Shown: one piece after another, positions 18,203-26,403 of the stretch
Layout of the letters: each line of letters opens with the position of its first letter
Position numbering within the stretch: the first letter of the stretch is position 1
Origin: Candidatus Binatia bacterium
GTDB taxonomy: Bacteria; Desulfobacterota; Binatia; Bin18
NCBI GenBank assembly: GCA_963666315.2
Contig: CAXXHG010000042.1
Coordinates: 1-43,943, forward strand
DNA: 43,943 nucleotides
Direction: 5' to 3'
The notes under the pieces: generated by a model
What the model was told of the DNA's origin: nothing
The model's input: the letters and a program-made list of their open reading frames with translations, nothing else
The model's database searches: none
Position numbers and translations under genes: made by a program

Positions 18203-18628
18203 TTATTCAGAGCTTCGAATGTCGGAGTCCAGGCCGGAACCGCCTTCGACCCCATCGGCCCCATACGAGATGATCTCGAACTCCCGGCCGGCAGTGCGAT
18301 AGACATAGGCCTTGTCCCAGGGATCTTTTGGGATACTTTTCTTCATATACGGGCCATCCCACCTCGCCACGCCGGCAGGATCTTTGCGGAGAGCTACAAG
18401 TCCTTCGCCTTCTTTTGGGTAGCGGCCAACGTCCAATTTGAACATCTCAACTGCGGTGGCAAAGTTCTCGATTTGTGTACGCGCAGTCTTAGGTTTGGCC
18501 TTATCAACTTGACCAAGCAGATTTGGACCAACGAGCGCCACCAGCAAGCCCATAATCACCATGACGACTAAGAGTTCGATTAATGTAAAGCCCGCTTGGC
18601 GGCCGCCAGACTTTTTCTTGTGTGTCAT
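18203..18628 (-). CDS. gspG: T2SS major pseudopilin GspG
   Basis: class III signal G|FTLIELLVV, LDVGRYP, WDGPY, PKDPW, SYGADG..GG. Confidence 0.96.
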   Translation of the reverse strand: MTHKKKSGGRQAGFTLIELLVVMVIMGLLVALVGPNLLGQVDKAKPKTARTQIENFATAVEMFKLDVGRYPKEGEGLVALRKDPAGVARWDGPYMKKSIPKDPWDKAYVYRTAGREFEIISYGADGVEGGSGLDSDIRSSE

Positions 18629-18649
18629 GCGCCTCTCCTTATCTCTATC

Positions 18650-19882
18650 CTAAAATGCCATCTCGTTCATACTAAAGATGCCGACGAGCATAGAAATTAC
18701 CACAAAGCCGATCACCAATCCCATAGTCAGCAACAGAACCGGTTCGACAAGCGATGTCATACGGCGAATCTGCTGCCGTGTCTCTTTCTCAAAGTAATCG
18801 GCAACTTGCCCGAGCATTTCATCCAGCCGGCCCGTTTCCTCACCTACTGCGATCATCTGAAGAGCCAAGGTCGGAAATGCACCCGTCCGCCCAAGGGGAC
18901 CGGCCATACCCTGCCCCTCCCGGATACCGGCACGCCCATCTTTGACGGCATGACGGATAACCTGGTTGCCAACAACCGCTTCGACGACCTCCAACCCCTG
19001 CAGAAGGGGTACCCCACTCTTGAGTAGCGTGCTCAACGTTCGGGCAAAACGTCCCACCTCCCGTTTCTGCAACAACGGGCCCAGCAGAATAATACGTAGG
19101 CACCAGCCATCCCAGGCTAGGCGTCCGTGTGGAGTCGCCACGTATTGGCGCCAGCCTAACCAACTCCCCGCGCTGAGAAGAAGCAAAAGCCACCAATAGG
19201 ACCGCAGGACCCCACTCACCGCCAGCATAAACTGCGTTGAGGCTGGGAGTGCTTGACCACTATCGGCAAACAGCCCGGCAAAACGGGGCAAGATACCCAC
19301 GAACATAAAAATAATGGCCCCGGCCCCGACGAGTACTAAGATAGCCGGGTAGGCCATGGCCGACTTAATTTCTTCTTGCACCTCTTGCGCCTGTTCAAGA
19401 TATTCTGCCAAGCGCTGCAGGACGGTCTCAAGAAAGCCGCCCAGTTCACCGGCTTTCACCATATTAATATACAGCGGTGGAAATATTTCGGGATACTCGG
19501 CTAATGCTTCCGCAAGCGATTTCCCCTGCTGTACGGCCTTGAGGATTTCGTCTATCACCTTGCTGAGCTCGGCTTTTGAAGCAAGCCCGGTGAGCACAGA
19601 CAGGGCACGATCAAGTGGCAGCCCAGCCGAAATCAACGTTGCCAATTCATGCGTCATTAAGAGCAAGTCACGTTGCGCGACCCGCCCACTCCACGGCAGA
19701 GTAGGGAAAGACAGCTGCGTCCGTGTGGTTTTGGACTGTGGTGGTCCAGGCAGAGTAATTTGGAGGGGTAAATAGCCCTGCTCATGCAGCCAGGCGACAA
19801 CCGCACGCTCCTCCCCCACCTCCATGACCCCTTCAATGGTCTTGCCTTGCGGCGTTGTCGCTTGGTATTGGAATTGTGGCAT
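18650..19882 (-). CDS. gspF: T2SS inner-membrane platform protein GspF
   Basis: MPQFQYQA start, L..AGLPL, MVKAGE.GG.L, YP..L, MIAVGEETGRL, EP.L. Confidence 0.93.
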   Translation of the reverse strand: MPQFQYQATTPQGKTIEGVMEVGEERAVVAWLHEQGYLPLQITLPGPPQSKTTRTQLSFPTLPWSGRVAQRDLLLMTHELATLISAGLPLDRALSVLTGLASKAELSKVIDEILKAVQQGKSLAEALAEYPEIFPPLYINMVKAGELGGFLETVLQRLAEYLEQAQEVQEEIKSAMAYPAILVLVGAGAIIFMFVGILPRFAGLFADSGQALPASTQFMLAVSGVLRSYWWLLLLLSAGSWLGWRQYVATPHGRLAWDGWCLRIILLGPLLQKREVGRFARTLSTLLKSGVPLLQGLEVVEAVVGNQVIRHAVKDGRAGIREGQGMAGPLGRTGAFPTLALQMIAVGEETGRLDEMLGQVADYFEKETRQQIRRMTSLVEPVLLLTMGLVIGFVVISMLVGIFSMNEMAF

Positions 19883-19982
19883 GCCGGCTCTCGTTCGCTT
19901 TGCTCGCGTGGTCTTCTTCATCAGACTCAGCTTGATAGAGAGACCAGAGATCTCATCTGAAACACACATCCCCAGCTACTAG

Positions 19983-20142
19983 AGGGAATCAGAAAAGTCG
20001 ATTCTGGGCGTCGCCCGGCTGCAAACCGCGTGTCCAGGGTTGCCCTCCATCGCCATAGCACAGCGGCTGTGGCTGCTTCGAGCGCCTCGCTCACGCCGCT
20101 TTCGCGCGGGCTTGGGCCACAGAGACACTTATCAGACTTCCT
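19983..20142. mobile_element. MITE-like element D (~160 bp) with internal fold-back
   Basis: 16-bp inverted ends AGGGAATCAGAAAAGT / AGGAAGTCTGATAAGT (12/16 identical); nested inverted segments GCCCG...GCGTG / CACGC...CGGGC; central GCCATAGC/GCTGTGGC hairpin. Confidence 0.6.
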
Positions 20143-20144
20143 AC

Positions 20145-20751
20145 TTAACGGTAACGGGGCAGGACGTATTTCCCAAAGATTTCAAGTTGTTTCCTAAATT
20201 CTGCCTGAGGTAACAGCCCTTGGTCAAATAACCAAGCAAACCATTCAGGATTGGCTGCATCGACTAATGCGTTTATTCCTTTCACCACATCATCAACCGA
20301 ACCTGCTTAGAGGTAGTTTGCGCGCATCATACGTTCAACTGTCCATTCATCAGGAGGAAGACGTTTTTCCCCGCTCGGATATTCGAATTCATCTTCTGGG
20401 AATCGGAACGTCCGTGCGTTAGTTGATCCAACCACGCCGTTGTGACAGCCAAGCGGAGCGGGTCCCAGCCAGGCAAAACGTAACCGATAGGGCCGACTTG
20501 AATGCGTTTGGTATGGAGGCCACATACAGGAGAAACTCCGGCGGAGCGCCCAGCTCGAACCCTTCGCTATGCAGATGGTGTTCAGGGAAGGCAACGGCAT
20601 CAAACCCAAGCTCCTCGGCAAATTGCACAAGCTCAACGACTTCCTAAAACATCGCCTACCATCGATCCGAATGATAGGCGGTAGGCCGTAATTTTTTACG
20701 ATCCGCCAGCGTAGCCGGGATCGTAGGCAGCACAAACAGCAGGGACTTCAT
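20145..20751 (-). pseudogene. luciferase-like (LLM class) flavin-dependent oxidoreductase pseudogene
   Basis: AEELGFD...FPEHH.H.EG, TKRIQVGPIGYVLPGWDPLRLA...LDQLT.GR and C-terminal GSVDDV...QLEIFGKYVLP; stops at 20656-58, 20644-46 and 20307-09; frameshift near 20514; internal deletion near 20409. Confidence 0.85.
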
Positions 20752-20880
20752 GGCAGAAACTTCATAGCAGGATAACCTACAAGGTCGGACTATAGCGCGT
20801 AACGATTGTACACAACTTCTGCCCACCCTGCAGCTCTCCATACTCTTGCTCTTGGACAAGGCACTGAACGTGGCGCTCTT

Positions 20881-21849
20881 TCAAGTTCTTCCAATCTCTT
20901 CCGGCTCTTCCAGTTCTTCCAGGACAGCCGCACACAAGAGCGGGAAGAGAATTTCGTGATGGCCGGTCAACTGAAAGCCACGCCCGCCTTGTTGGGTAGG
21001 ACGATGCACGACGTTGACTGTCGGCCGGTAGTGCCGAATGAAATCCAAGTCGACTGTGGTAAATGCCTTGACGGTAGCGCCCAGATTCCTCGCCAGAGAC
21101 AGGGCTTTGAGGAAAACTTCGGGAATAATGACGGCCGAGCCAAGGTTGATAAAAACCCCTCCCTCCAGTTGGGTGACAACGGACGTCAGAAGGTGAAAAT
21201 CGCGTAGACTGCCTTGACCGATCGCAGCTCCATCTGCCTGCGGATGCATATGAATAATATCCGTTCCAATCGCAACATGGACACACGCCGGCACCTCAAG
21301 ACGGGCGCAGGCGGCAAGCACACTCAGCGAGGCATAGGGAAGTTGCTCTGCCTGGATACATTCTCCAACTGCGCGACCAATACCGAGTCCTTTTTCTTTG
21401 ACTCCTGTTCGGATCGCAGCATTCAAGATTTCTCCAGTTTCCCGGGCCATACCAAACTGGCCGGTATCGAGGCTGGCCGCAACGTCCTCCGAGGTCGCAC
21501 CTTGATAGGCAAGCTCAAAATCATGAATAATTCCGGCTCCATTCATGGCAACAGCGGAGATTATTTTGCGCTCCAGTAGATCAGTGATAAGCGGAGAAAG
21601 CCCGACTTTGAGCGGATGTGCACCCATACCCAGCACTACCGGCCGCCCGGCTTGGACGGCCGTCGCAATCCGCCGGACAATCTCACTCATGTCAGCCGCA
21701 GCCAGAATGTCGGGCAAAGAACGCAGAAAGTCGCGCAAACTCCCCCCAGTCCTCCACCGACTCCCAAAGCCTTGAGCGGCGACTTTACTGCTACGTTGGT
21801 TGAGGGGATAGGTCACAGCTCGACGCGGATCAATCGGGGGGAATTTCAT
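20881..21849 (-). CDS. uncharacterised deoxyhypusine-synthase-like (DHS-like NAD-binding fold) protein
   Basis: GMGAHPLKVGL, NGAGIIHDFE, TSEDV, GTDI.HMHP, NLGSAVIIPEVFLKA; GGGGAG SD before ATG 21849. Confidence 0.65.
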   Translation of the reverse strand: MKFPPIDPRRAVTYPLNQRSSKVAAQGFGSRWRTGGSLRDFLRSLPDILAAADMSEIVRRIATAVQAGRPVVLGMGAHPLKVGLSPLITDLLERKIISAVAMNGAGIIHDFELAYQGATSEDVAASLDTGQFGMARETGEILNAAIRTGVKEKGLGIGRAVGECIQAEQLPYASLSVLAACARLEVPACVHVAIGTDIIHMHPQADGAAIGQGSLRDFHLLTSVVTQLEGGVFINLGSAVIIPEVFLKALSLARNLGATVKAFTTVDLDFIRHYRPTVNVVHRPTQQGGRGFQLTGHHEILFPLLCAAVLEELEEPEEIGRT

Positions 21850-21892
21850 CTCGCTCCCCAGATACTGCACCCATATTTACGAACGATCATGG

Positions 21893-22477
21893 CTACGCAA
21901 GCCCTTCTCCGTACAGTATATGGTCGACCAGCTCACAGATTACATGACCGATCAGAATATGAGTCTCCTGAATCCGGGGGGTCACGTTTGTTGCGGCTAC
22001 ACACAAGCAGTGGTCAACGTAGGCAGGCATTTCTCCGCCGCTCCCACCGGTTAGGCCTATCGTAGACATCCCCAATTCTCGACATACTTCAAGGGCCCGA
22101 AGAATGTTCGGCGAGTTGCCGCTGGTGGATATCGCAATAGCAATATCGTCGGGTTTCCCAAGTGCTTGTATTTGCTTAGCAAAGACATCGAGAGGGCCGT
22201 AATCGTTGATAATAGAAGTCAAGGCGGACGTATCGGTCGTCAGTGCAATGGCAGGCAGCGGCGGCCGCTCGATCAGATAGCGATTCACAAACTCTGCGGC
22301 AATATGTTGAGCGTCAGCCGCGCTGCCACCATTGCCGAACAGCAAAATCTTCCCGCCCGTTCGGATACTTTTGAGAACCGCTTCAGTCGCTTGTATCAGG
22401 GCATCGGAATGTGTTTGCAAAAATTGTTGTTTTGCAGCGATGCTGGCTTCAAAAATAGCAGCTATGTGTTCCTTCAT
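21893..22477 (-). CDS. gmhA: phosphoheptose isomerase
   Basis: FGNGGSAADAQHIAAEF, ALTTD.S, ISTSGNS.N, RIQETHI; start at ATG 22477 or 22489. Confidence 0.95.
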   Translation of the reverse strand: MKEHIAAIFEASIAAKQQFLQTHSDALIQATEAVLKSIRTGGKILLFGNGGSAADAQHIAAEFVNRYLIERPPLPAIALTTDTSALTSIINDYGPLDVFAKQIQALGKPDDIAIAISTSGNSPNILRALEVCRELGMSTIGLTGGSGGEMPAYVDHCLCVAATNVTPRIQETHILIGHVICELVDHILYGEGLA

Positions 22478-22502
22478 GGCGTTTCTCATAGCGAGGCGCA
22501 CG

Positions 22503-22531
22503 ATCTTAAGAGTCTGTCCAAATCGAGTCAA
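22503..22531 (-). promoter_or_regulatory. sigma70 promoter for gmhA
   Basis: TTGACT-N17-TAAGAT on the minus strand. Confidence 0.65.
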
Positions 22532-22540
22532 GGTATAGGC

Positions 22541-22569
22541 TTGACAGCATGCAACAGGCTCGCTATTAA
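22541..22569 (+). promoter_or_regulatory. sigma70 promoter for 5S rRNA
   Basis: TTGACA-N17-TATTAA, 15 nt upstream of the 5S 5' end. Confidence 0.6.
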
Positions 22570-22584
22570 AGTTCTCAGAAAATT

Positions 22585-22702
22585 CCCCCGGTCTCAATGG
22601 CGGAGGGGCCACACCCGTTCCCATCCCGAACACGGTCGTTAAGCCCTCCAGCGCCGATGGTACTGCAGTGAAATGCTGTGGGAGAGTAGGACGAGGCCGG
22701 GG
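22585..22702 (+). rRNA. rrf: 5S ribosomal RNA (not linked to 23S)
   Basis: ACACCCGTTCCCATCCCGAACACGG, GCGCCGATGGTACTG, GGGAGAGTAGG; helix I CCCCGGTCTC / GAGGCCGGGG. Confidence 0.97.
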
Positions 22703-22710
22703 TTTTTTCC

Positions 22711-22740
22711 TTGACAATACTCCCTCCTTTCCCTAATAAT
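22711..22740 (+). promoter_or_regulatory. sigma70 promoter for tRNA-Gly-yacG-lpxA
   Basis: TTGACA-N17-TAATAA(T). Confidence 0.55.
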
Positions 22741-22769
22741 TTTTGAACGAGAACAGGGCAGAATCCAGA

Positions 22770-22841
<72 letters not shown>

Positions 22842-22868
22842 TTCCCTTTCTCTCGACTCCGGACTTCT

Positions 22869-23057
22869 ATGCGCATCACAAAGTGTCCAACTTGCCGGAA
22901 AGAAACCCCGTGGCAGGATAACCCCTACCGTCCTTTTTGTTCAGCTCGCTGTCGCACGCTTGACGTTGGCGCCTGGGCCAGTGATACCTACTGCATCCCT
23001 GGCGAAAAGGCAAAGCAAACGGGTTGTTCTGACGACGACTCGATCGAGCCTGCATAG
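22869..23057 (+). CDS. yacG: DNA gyrase inhibitor YacG
   Basis: CPTC...NPYRPFCSARC..LD.GAW...Y.IP. Confidence 0.92.
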   Translation: MRITKCPTCRKETPWQDNPYRPFCSARCRTLDVGAWASDTYCIPGEKAKQTGCSDDDSIEPA

Positions 23058-23085
23058 AATTGTTTTTCGGGATCGCTGCTCGCGC

Positions 23086-23886
23086 ATGCCTATCCATTCC
23101 ACAGCCATCATTGATCCTCAGGCTGAGGTTGATCCTAGCGTCGATATCGGCCCCTATGTGGTCATCGATGGGGCCGTCCGCATTGGGCAGGGAACGCGTA
23201 TTCTCGCCCATGCTGTCCTGACCGGGTGGACTGACATTGGAGAAGACAATGAAATTCACATGGGGGCAGTGATCGGCCATACTCCCCAGGATTTCACCTA
23301 TAAGGGCGAGCAGAGCTTTCTCAAGATCGGCCACCGCAATATCATCCGGGAACAGAGCCAAATCCATCGTGGTGCCAAAGCCGGCAGCGCCACGATTATC
23401 GGGGATAATAACTATCTGATGCAGCATGCTCATATCGCCCACAACTGTACAATCGGGAACCACACTATCATTGCCGGCGGGGCACTGCTTGCCGGGTATG
23501 TACACGTAGAAGACCGCGCCTTTATCTCAGGCAACTGTGTGGTTCACCAGTTTGTGCGCATCGGTACGTTGGCACTCCTGCGCGGATTGTCCCGGACGAG
23601 CCGTGACGTTCCGCCGTTTTGCATTATGGACGGGACTCACACCGTGCGCGGTCTCAACGCGATCGGTCTCCGTCGAGCGGGATTTAGCCGGGAGCGGATT
23701 TCGACCCTCAAGCAGGCGTTTTCTGCGTTATTCCGCACGCGAGGGAATATCCGCCACAAGGTCGAACAACTGCAGGCGGCATCTCCATCTGAAGACGTCG
23801 GCTATTTACTCGATTTCATCCACAATTCAGAACGAGGCGTGTGCTTTGGACCAAAGACAGCAGGTAATGGCAAGGAGGAAGGTTGA
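23086..23886 (+). CDS. lpxA: LpxA-family UDP-sugar acyltransferase (divergent active site)
   Basis: IHSTAIID, hexapeptide repeats, PQD, IRE...IHRG, HIAHNC, VHQF, DVPPF, GLN.IGLRR.GF. Confidence 0.88.
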   Translation: MPIHSTAIIDPQAEVDPSVDIGPYVVIDGAVRIGQGTRILAHAVLTGWTDIGEDNEIHMGAVIGHTPQDFTYKGEQSFLKIGHRNIIREQSQIHRGAKAGSATIIGDNNYLMQHAHIAHNCTIGNHTIIAGGALLAGYVHVEDRAFISGNCVVHQFVRIGTLALLRGLSRTSRDVPPFCIMDGTHTVRGLNAIGLRRAGFSRERISTLKQAFSALFRTRGNIRHKVEQLQAASPSEDVGYLLDFIHNSERGVCFGPKTAGNGKEEG

Positions 23887-23887
23887 A

Positions 23888-23960
23888 AGGCGGCGACCGG
23901 ACTCGAACCGGTGAATGAAGGTTTTGCAGACCTCTCCCTTAGCCACTTGGGTACGCCGCC
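23888..23960 (-). tRNA. tRNA-Cys (GCA), CCA not encoded
   Basis: acceptor GGCGGCG/CGCCGCC, anticodon arm GAGGT-CTGCAAA-ACCTT, T loop TTCGAGT, U discriminator. Confidence 0.97.
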
Positions 23961-24159
23961 CCGTTTTCCTGTCCCAGTGCGATCTGGGTAGGGAGATACT
24001 GACTTACCCGTCCTTTCGTGTGATTGCAACACCCTTTTTCTTCTTCTTTAGGATTCTTGAGGATATAGAAATACTAAACGGTTGCTGTCTTTCTTCAGGT
24101 TCAGTCGAGCACGCAGCCCCCTCTTTGGTGGCAGTCGAAGTTCTGATAGCACTGCGCTC

Positions 24160-25467
24160 ATGATCGAACGCTACACTCGCCCGGGACTCGACCGCGTCTG
24201 GTCAGAGAACAACAAGCTTGCCAAGTGGCTTGAAGTCGAACTGCTGGCTTGTGAAGCGTTAGCAGAGCGTGGCGAAATCCCAGCAGAGGTGGTTCCTCAG
24301 CTGAGACAGCGGGCCCGGATTAATATTCCTCGCATGCAAGCAATCGAAGCCGAGGTCAAGCATGATGTGGTTGCCTTTGTCACCTCAGTGGCGGAAAGCG
24401 TTGGAGAAGAAGGACGCTTTCTCCATCTTGGGCTTACGTCGTCTGATGTCATTGATACCGGATTTGCACTGCAACTGTGTGAAGCAACAGACGTGATTCT
24501 AACAGATCTGGACGCTTTGCTTGACGTTCTTAAACGCCGCGCACAAGAGCATCGGGACACGGTCATGATCGGGCGTAGCCACGGCGTGCATGCCGAGCCC
24601 ATTACCTTTGGCCTCAAAGTCGCTCACTGGTTTGCGGAAATTGAGCGCGGTCGGGCTCGTCTCAGCCAAGCGCGAAAAGAGATTGCCGTGGGGAAAATCT
24701 CCGGCGCAGTCGGCACCTTTGCGAATATTGATCCAGCAGTCGAAACATTTATTTGTAAGCGGTTAGGACTGGTGCCAGAAACGATTTCTACACAGGTTAT
24801 TCCCCGCGATCGTCACGCGACATTTTTTACGACCCTAGCAGTCATTGGCAGCTCTCTGGATCGAATTGCCACAGAGGTCCGCCATCTCCAACGGACAGAA
24901 GTGTTTGAAGTCCAGGAACCCTTTACGCCAGGCCAAAAGGGTTCTTCCGCTATGCCCCACAAGCGCAATCCCTGGCAACTAGAGAATGTGAGCGGACTTG
25001 CCCGGCTCCTGCGCGGGTATGCACTCTCGGCTCTGGAAAATGTTGCGCTGTGGCACGAGCGAGACATCAGCCATTCTTCAGTCGAGCGCGTCATTGGACC
25101 GGACGCGACCACGCTGCTGGACTTTATGCTGACTCGATTAACGACGATCCTAGATCGGCTTGTGGTGCATCCCGAACGGATGCAAACGAATATGGCTATT
25201 TTAGGCGAAGCTATCTATTCTGAGCATCTGTTATTAGCCTTGGTCCGCAAAGGGATTTCTCGGGAAGAAGCGTATCGCTGGGTTCAACGCAATGCCATGC
25301 AGGTGTGGGAGAAGAATGCCTCTTTTGCCGCTGAGGTCCGCCGTGACCCGGATATCAGCAGGCTCTTAAATACGTCAGAGATCGATCAACTTTTTGATGC
25401 GCGCCATGCCCTCCGGCATACTACCGCGATTTTTCAGCGTGTGTTTGGGAGCCCGGAGGAAAGCTGA
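24160..25467 (+). CDS. purB: adenylosuccinate lyase
   Basis: MIERY, HDVVAF, HLGLTSSD, GRSHGVHAEP, GSSAMPHKRNP. Confidence 0.97.
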   Translation: MIERYTRPGLDRVWSENNKLAKWLEVELLACEALAERGEIPAEVVPQLRQRARINIPRMQAIEAEVKHDVVAFVTSVAESVGEEGRFLHLGLTSSDVIDTGFALQLCEATDVILTDLDALLDVLKRRAQEHRDTVMIGRSHGVHAEPITFGLKVAHWFAEIERGRARLSQARKEIAVGKISGAVGTFANIDPAVETFICKRLGLVPETISTQVIPRDRHATFFTTLAVIGSSLDRIATEVRHLQRTEVFEVQEPFTPGQKGSSAMPHKRNPWQLENVSGLARLLRGYALSALENVALWHERDISHSSVERVIGPDATTLLDFMLTRLTTILDRLVVHPERMQTNMAILGEAIYSEHLLLALVRKGISREEAYRWVQRNAMQVWEKNASFAAEVRRDPDISRLLNTSEIDQLFDARHALRHTTAIFQRVFGSPEES

Positions 25468-25712
25468 TGCTGGCAAAAGTCTACGTCACGCCGAAAAAAG
25501 CCATTCTCGACCCACAGGGCAAAGCCATTGCTCTGTCCCTGCATGCGCTCGCGTATGCAGAGGTCGGCGAGGTTCGTATGGGGAAATATTTAGAGGTCCA
25601 ACTCACTGGACTGTCGCACCAACAAGCCGAGCAACGCGTCGAAGAGATGTGCCAACGGCTGTTGGCAAATTCAGTGACGGAAGACTTTCGCTTTGAGATT
25701 GTCGAGGAGTAG
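25467..25712 (+). CDS. purS: FGAM synthase subunit PurS
   Basis: ILDPQG, VRMGK, LLAN.V.E; TGATG overlap with purB. Confidence 0.95.
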   Translation: MLAKVYVTPKKAILDPQGKAIALSLHALAYAEVGEVRMGKYLEVQLTGLSHQQAEQRVEEMCQRLLANSVTEDFRFEIVEE

Positions 25713-25718
25713 AGCCGC

Positions 25719-26399
25719 GTGAAGTGGGGCATTGTGACATTCCCAGGCTCAAATGATGATCGAGACGCATGGTATTGTCTTGAGGCCGTTCTGGGGCAAG
25801 AGGCCGTCCTCTTGTGGCATAAAGATCAAGACCTGCAGGGTGTCGAAGCCATAGTGCTGCCCGGCGGGTTTTCCTATGGCGATTATCTACGCGCTGGGGC
25901 ACTCGCCCGGTTCTCTCCGATTATGCACAGCGTGGTCGATTTCGCCAATGCGGGTGGGCCTGTTCTAGGGGTGTGTAATGGCTTTCAGATCCTGTGCGAG
26001 AGTGGCCTCCTGCCTGGCGCGTTAGTCCGCAACCGTTCCCTGTCGTTTATCTGCGAGTGGGTATCGATCCGGGTAGAAACCACGCGGACACGTTTTACCT
26101 CCGCGTGTTCGGCGGGCGAGTGTCTCTCCATTCCTATTAAGCACGGCGAAGGCTGTTATGTCGCGGATACTGACACCGTGCAATCCCTCACCGACAACGA
26201 CCAGATTGTTTTCCGCTATGTGAACGAAACGGGCGCAGCAGAGCGCGCGGCCAACCCGAACGGCGCGTTGCACAATATCGCCGGCGTGACGAATCCAAAC
26301 GGGAACGTCGTCGGCCTTATGCCGCATCCCGAACATGCCGTCGAAGCCCTGCTGGGGGGCGAAGACGGACGTAAACTATTCACCTCAGTCTTTATCTGA
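25719..26399 (+). CDS. purQ: FGAM synthase glutaminase subunit PurQ
   Basis: [28 protein letters not shown]. Confidence 0.97.
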   Translation: MKWGIVTFPGSNDDRDAWYCLEAVLGQEAVLLWHKDQDLQGVEAIVLPGGFSYGDYLRAGALARFSPIMHSVVDFANAGGPVLGVCNGFQILCESGLLPGALVRNRSLSFICEWVSIRVETTRTRFTSACSAGECLSIPIKHGEGCYVADTDTVQSLTDNDQIVFRYVNETGAAERAANPNGALHNIAGVTNPNGNVVGLMPHPEHAVEALLGGEDGRKLFTSVFI

Positions 26400-26403
26400 C
26401 GTT

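Noticed and set aside
17558-18571. 337-aa + strand ORF and other long antisense ORFs (e.g. 1079-1870, 38898-39686)
   Set aside because: Shadow frames of well-supported genes on the opposite strand, with no recognisable motifs.
19883-19975. CTGATGA on the minus strand upstream of gspF (hammerhead core?) or a gspE remnant
   Set aside because: No stem II followed by GAAA, and no GspE C-terminal motif in the frames I read.
22490-22717. N-terminal extension of the gmhA ORF (274 aa)
   Set aside because: It is the antisense of the 5S rRNA and promoters; the GmhA fold starts at 22477/22489.
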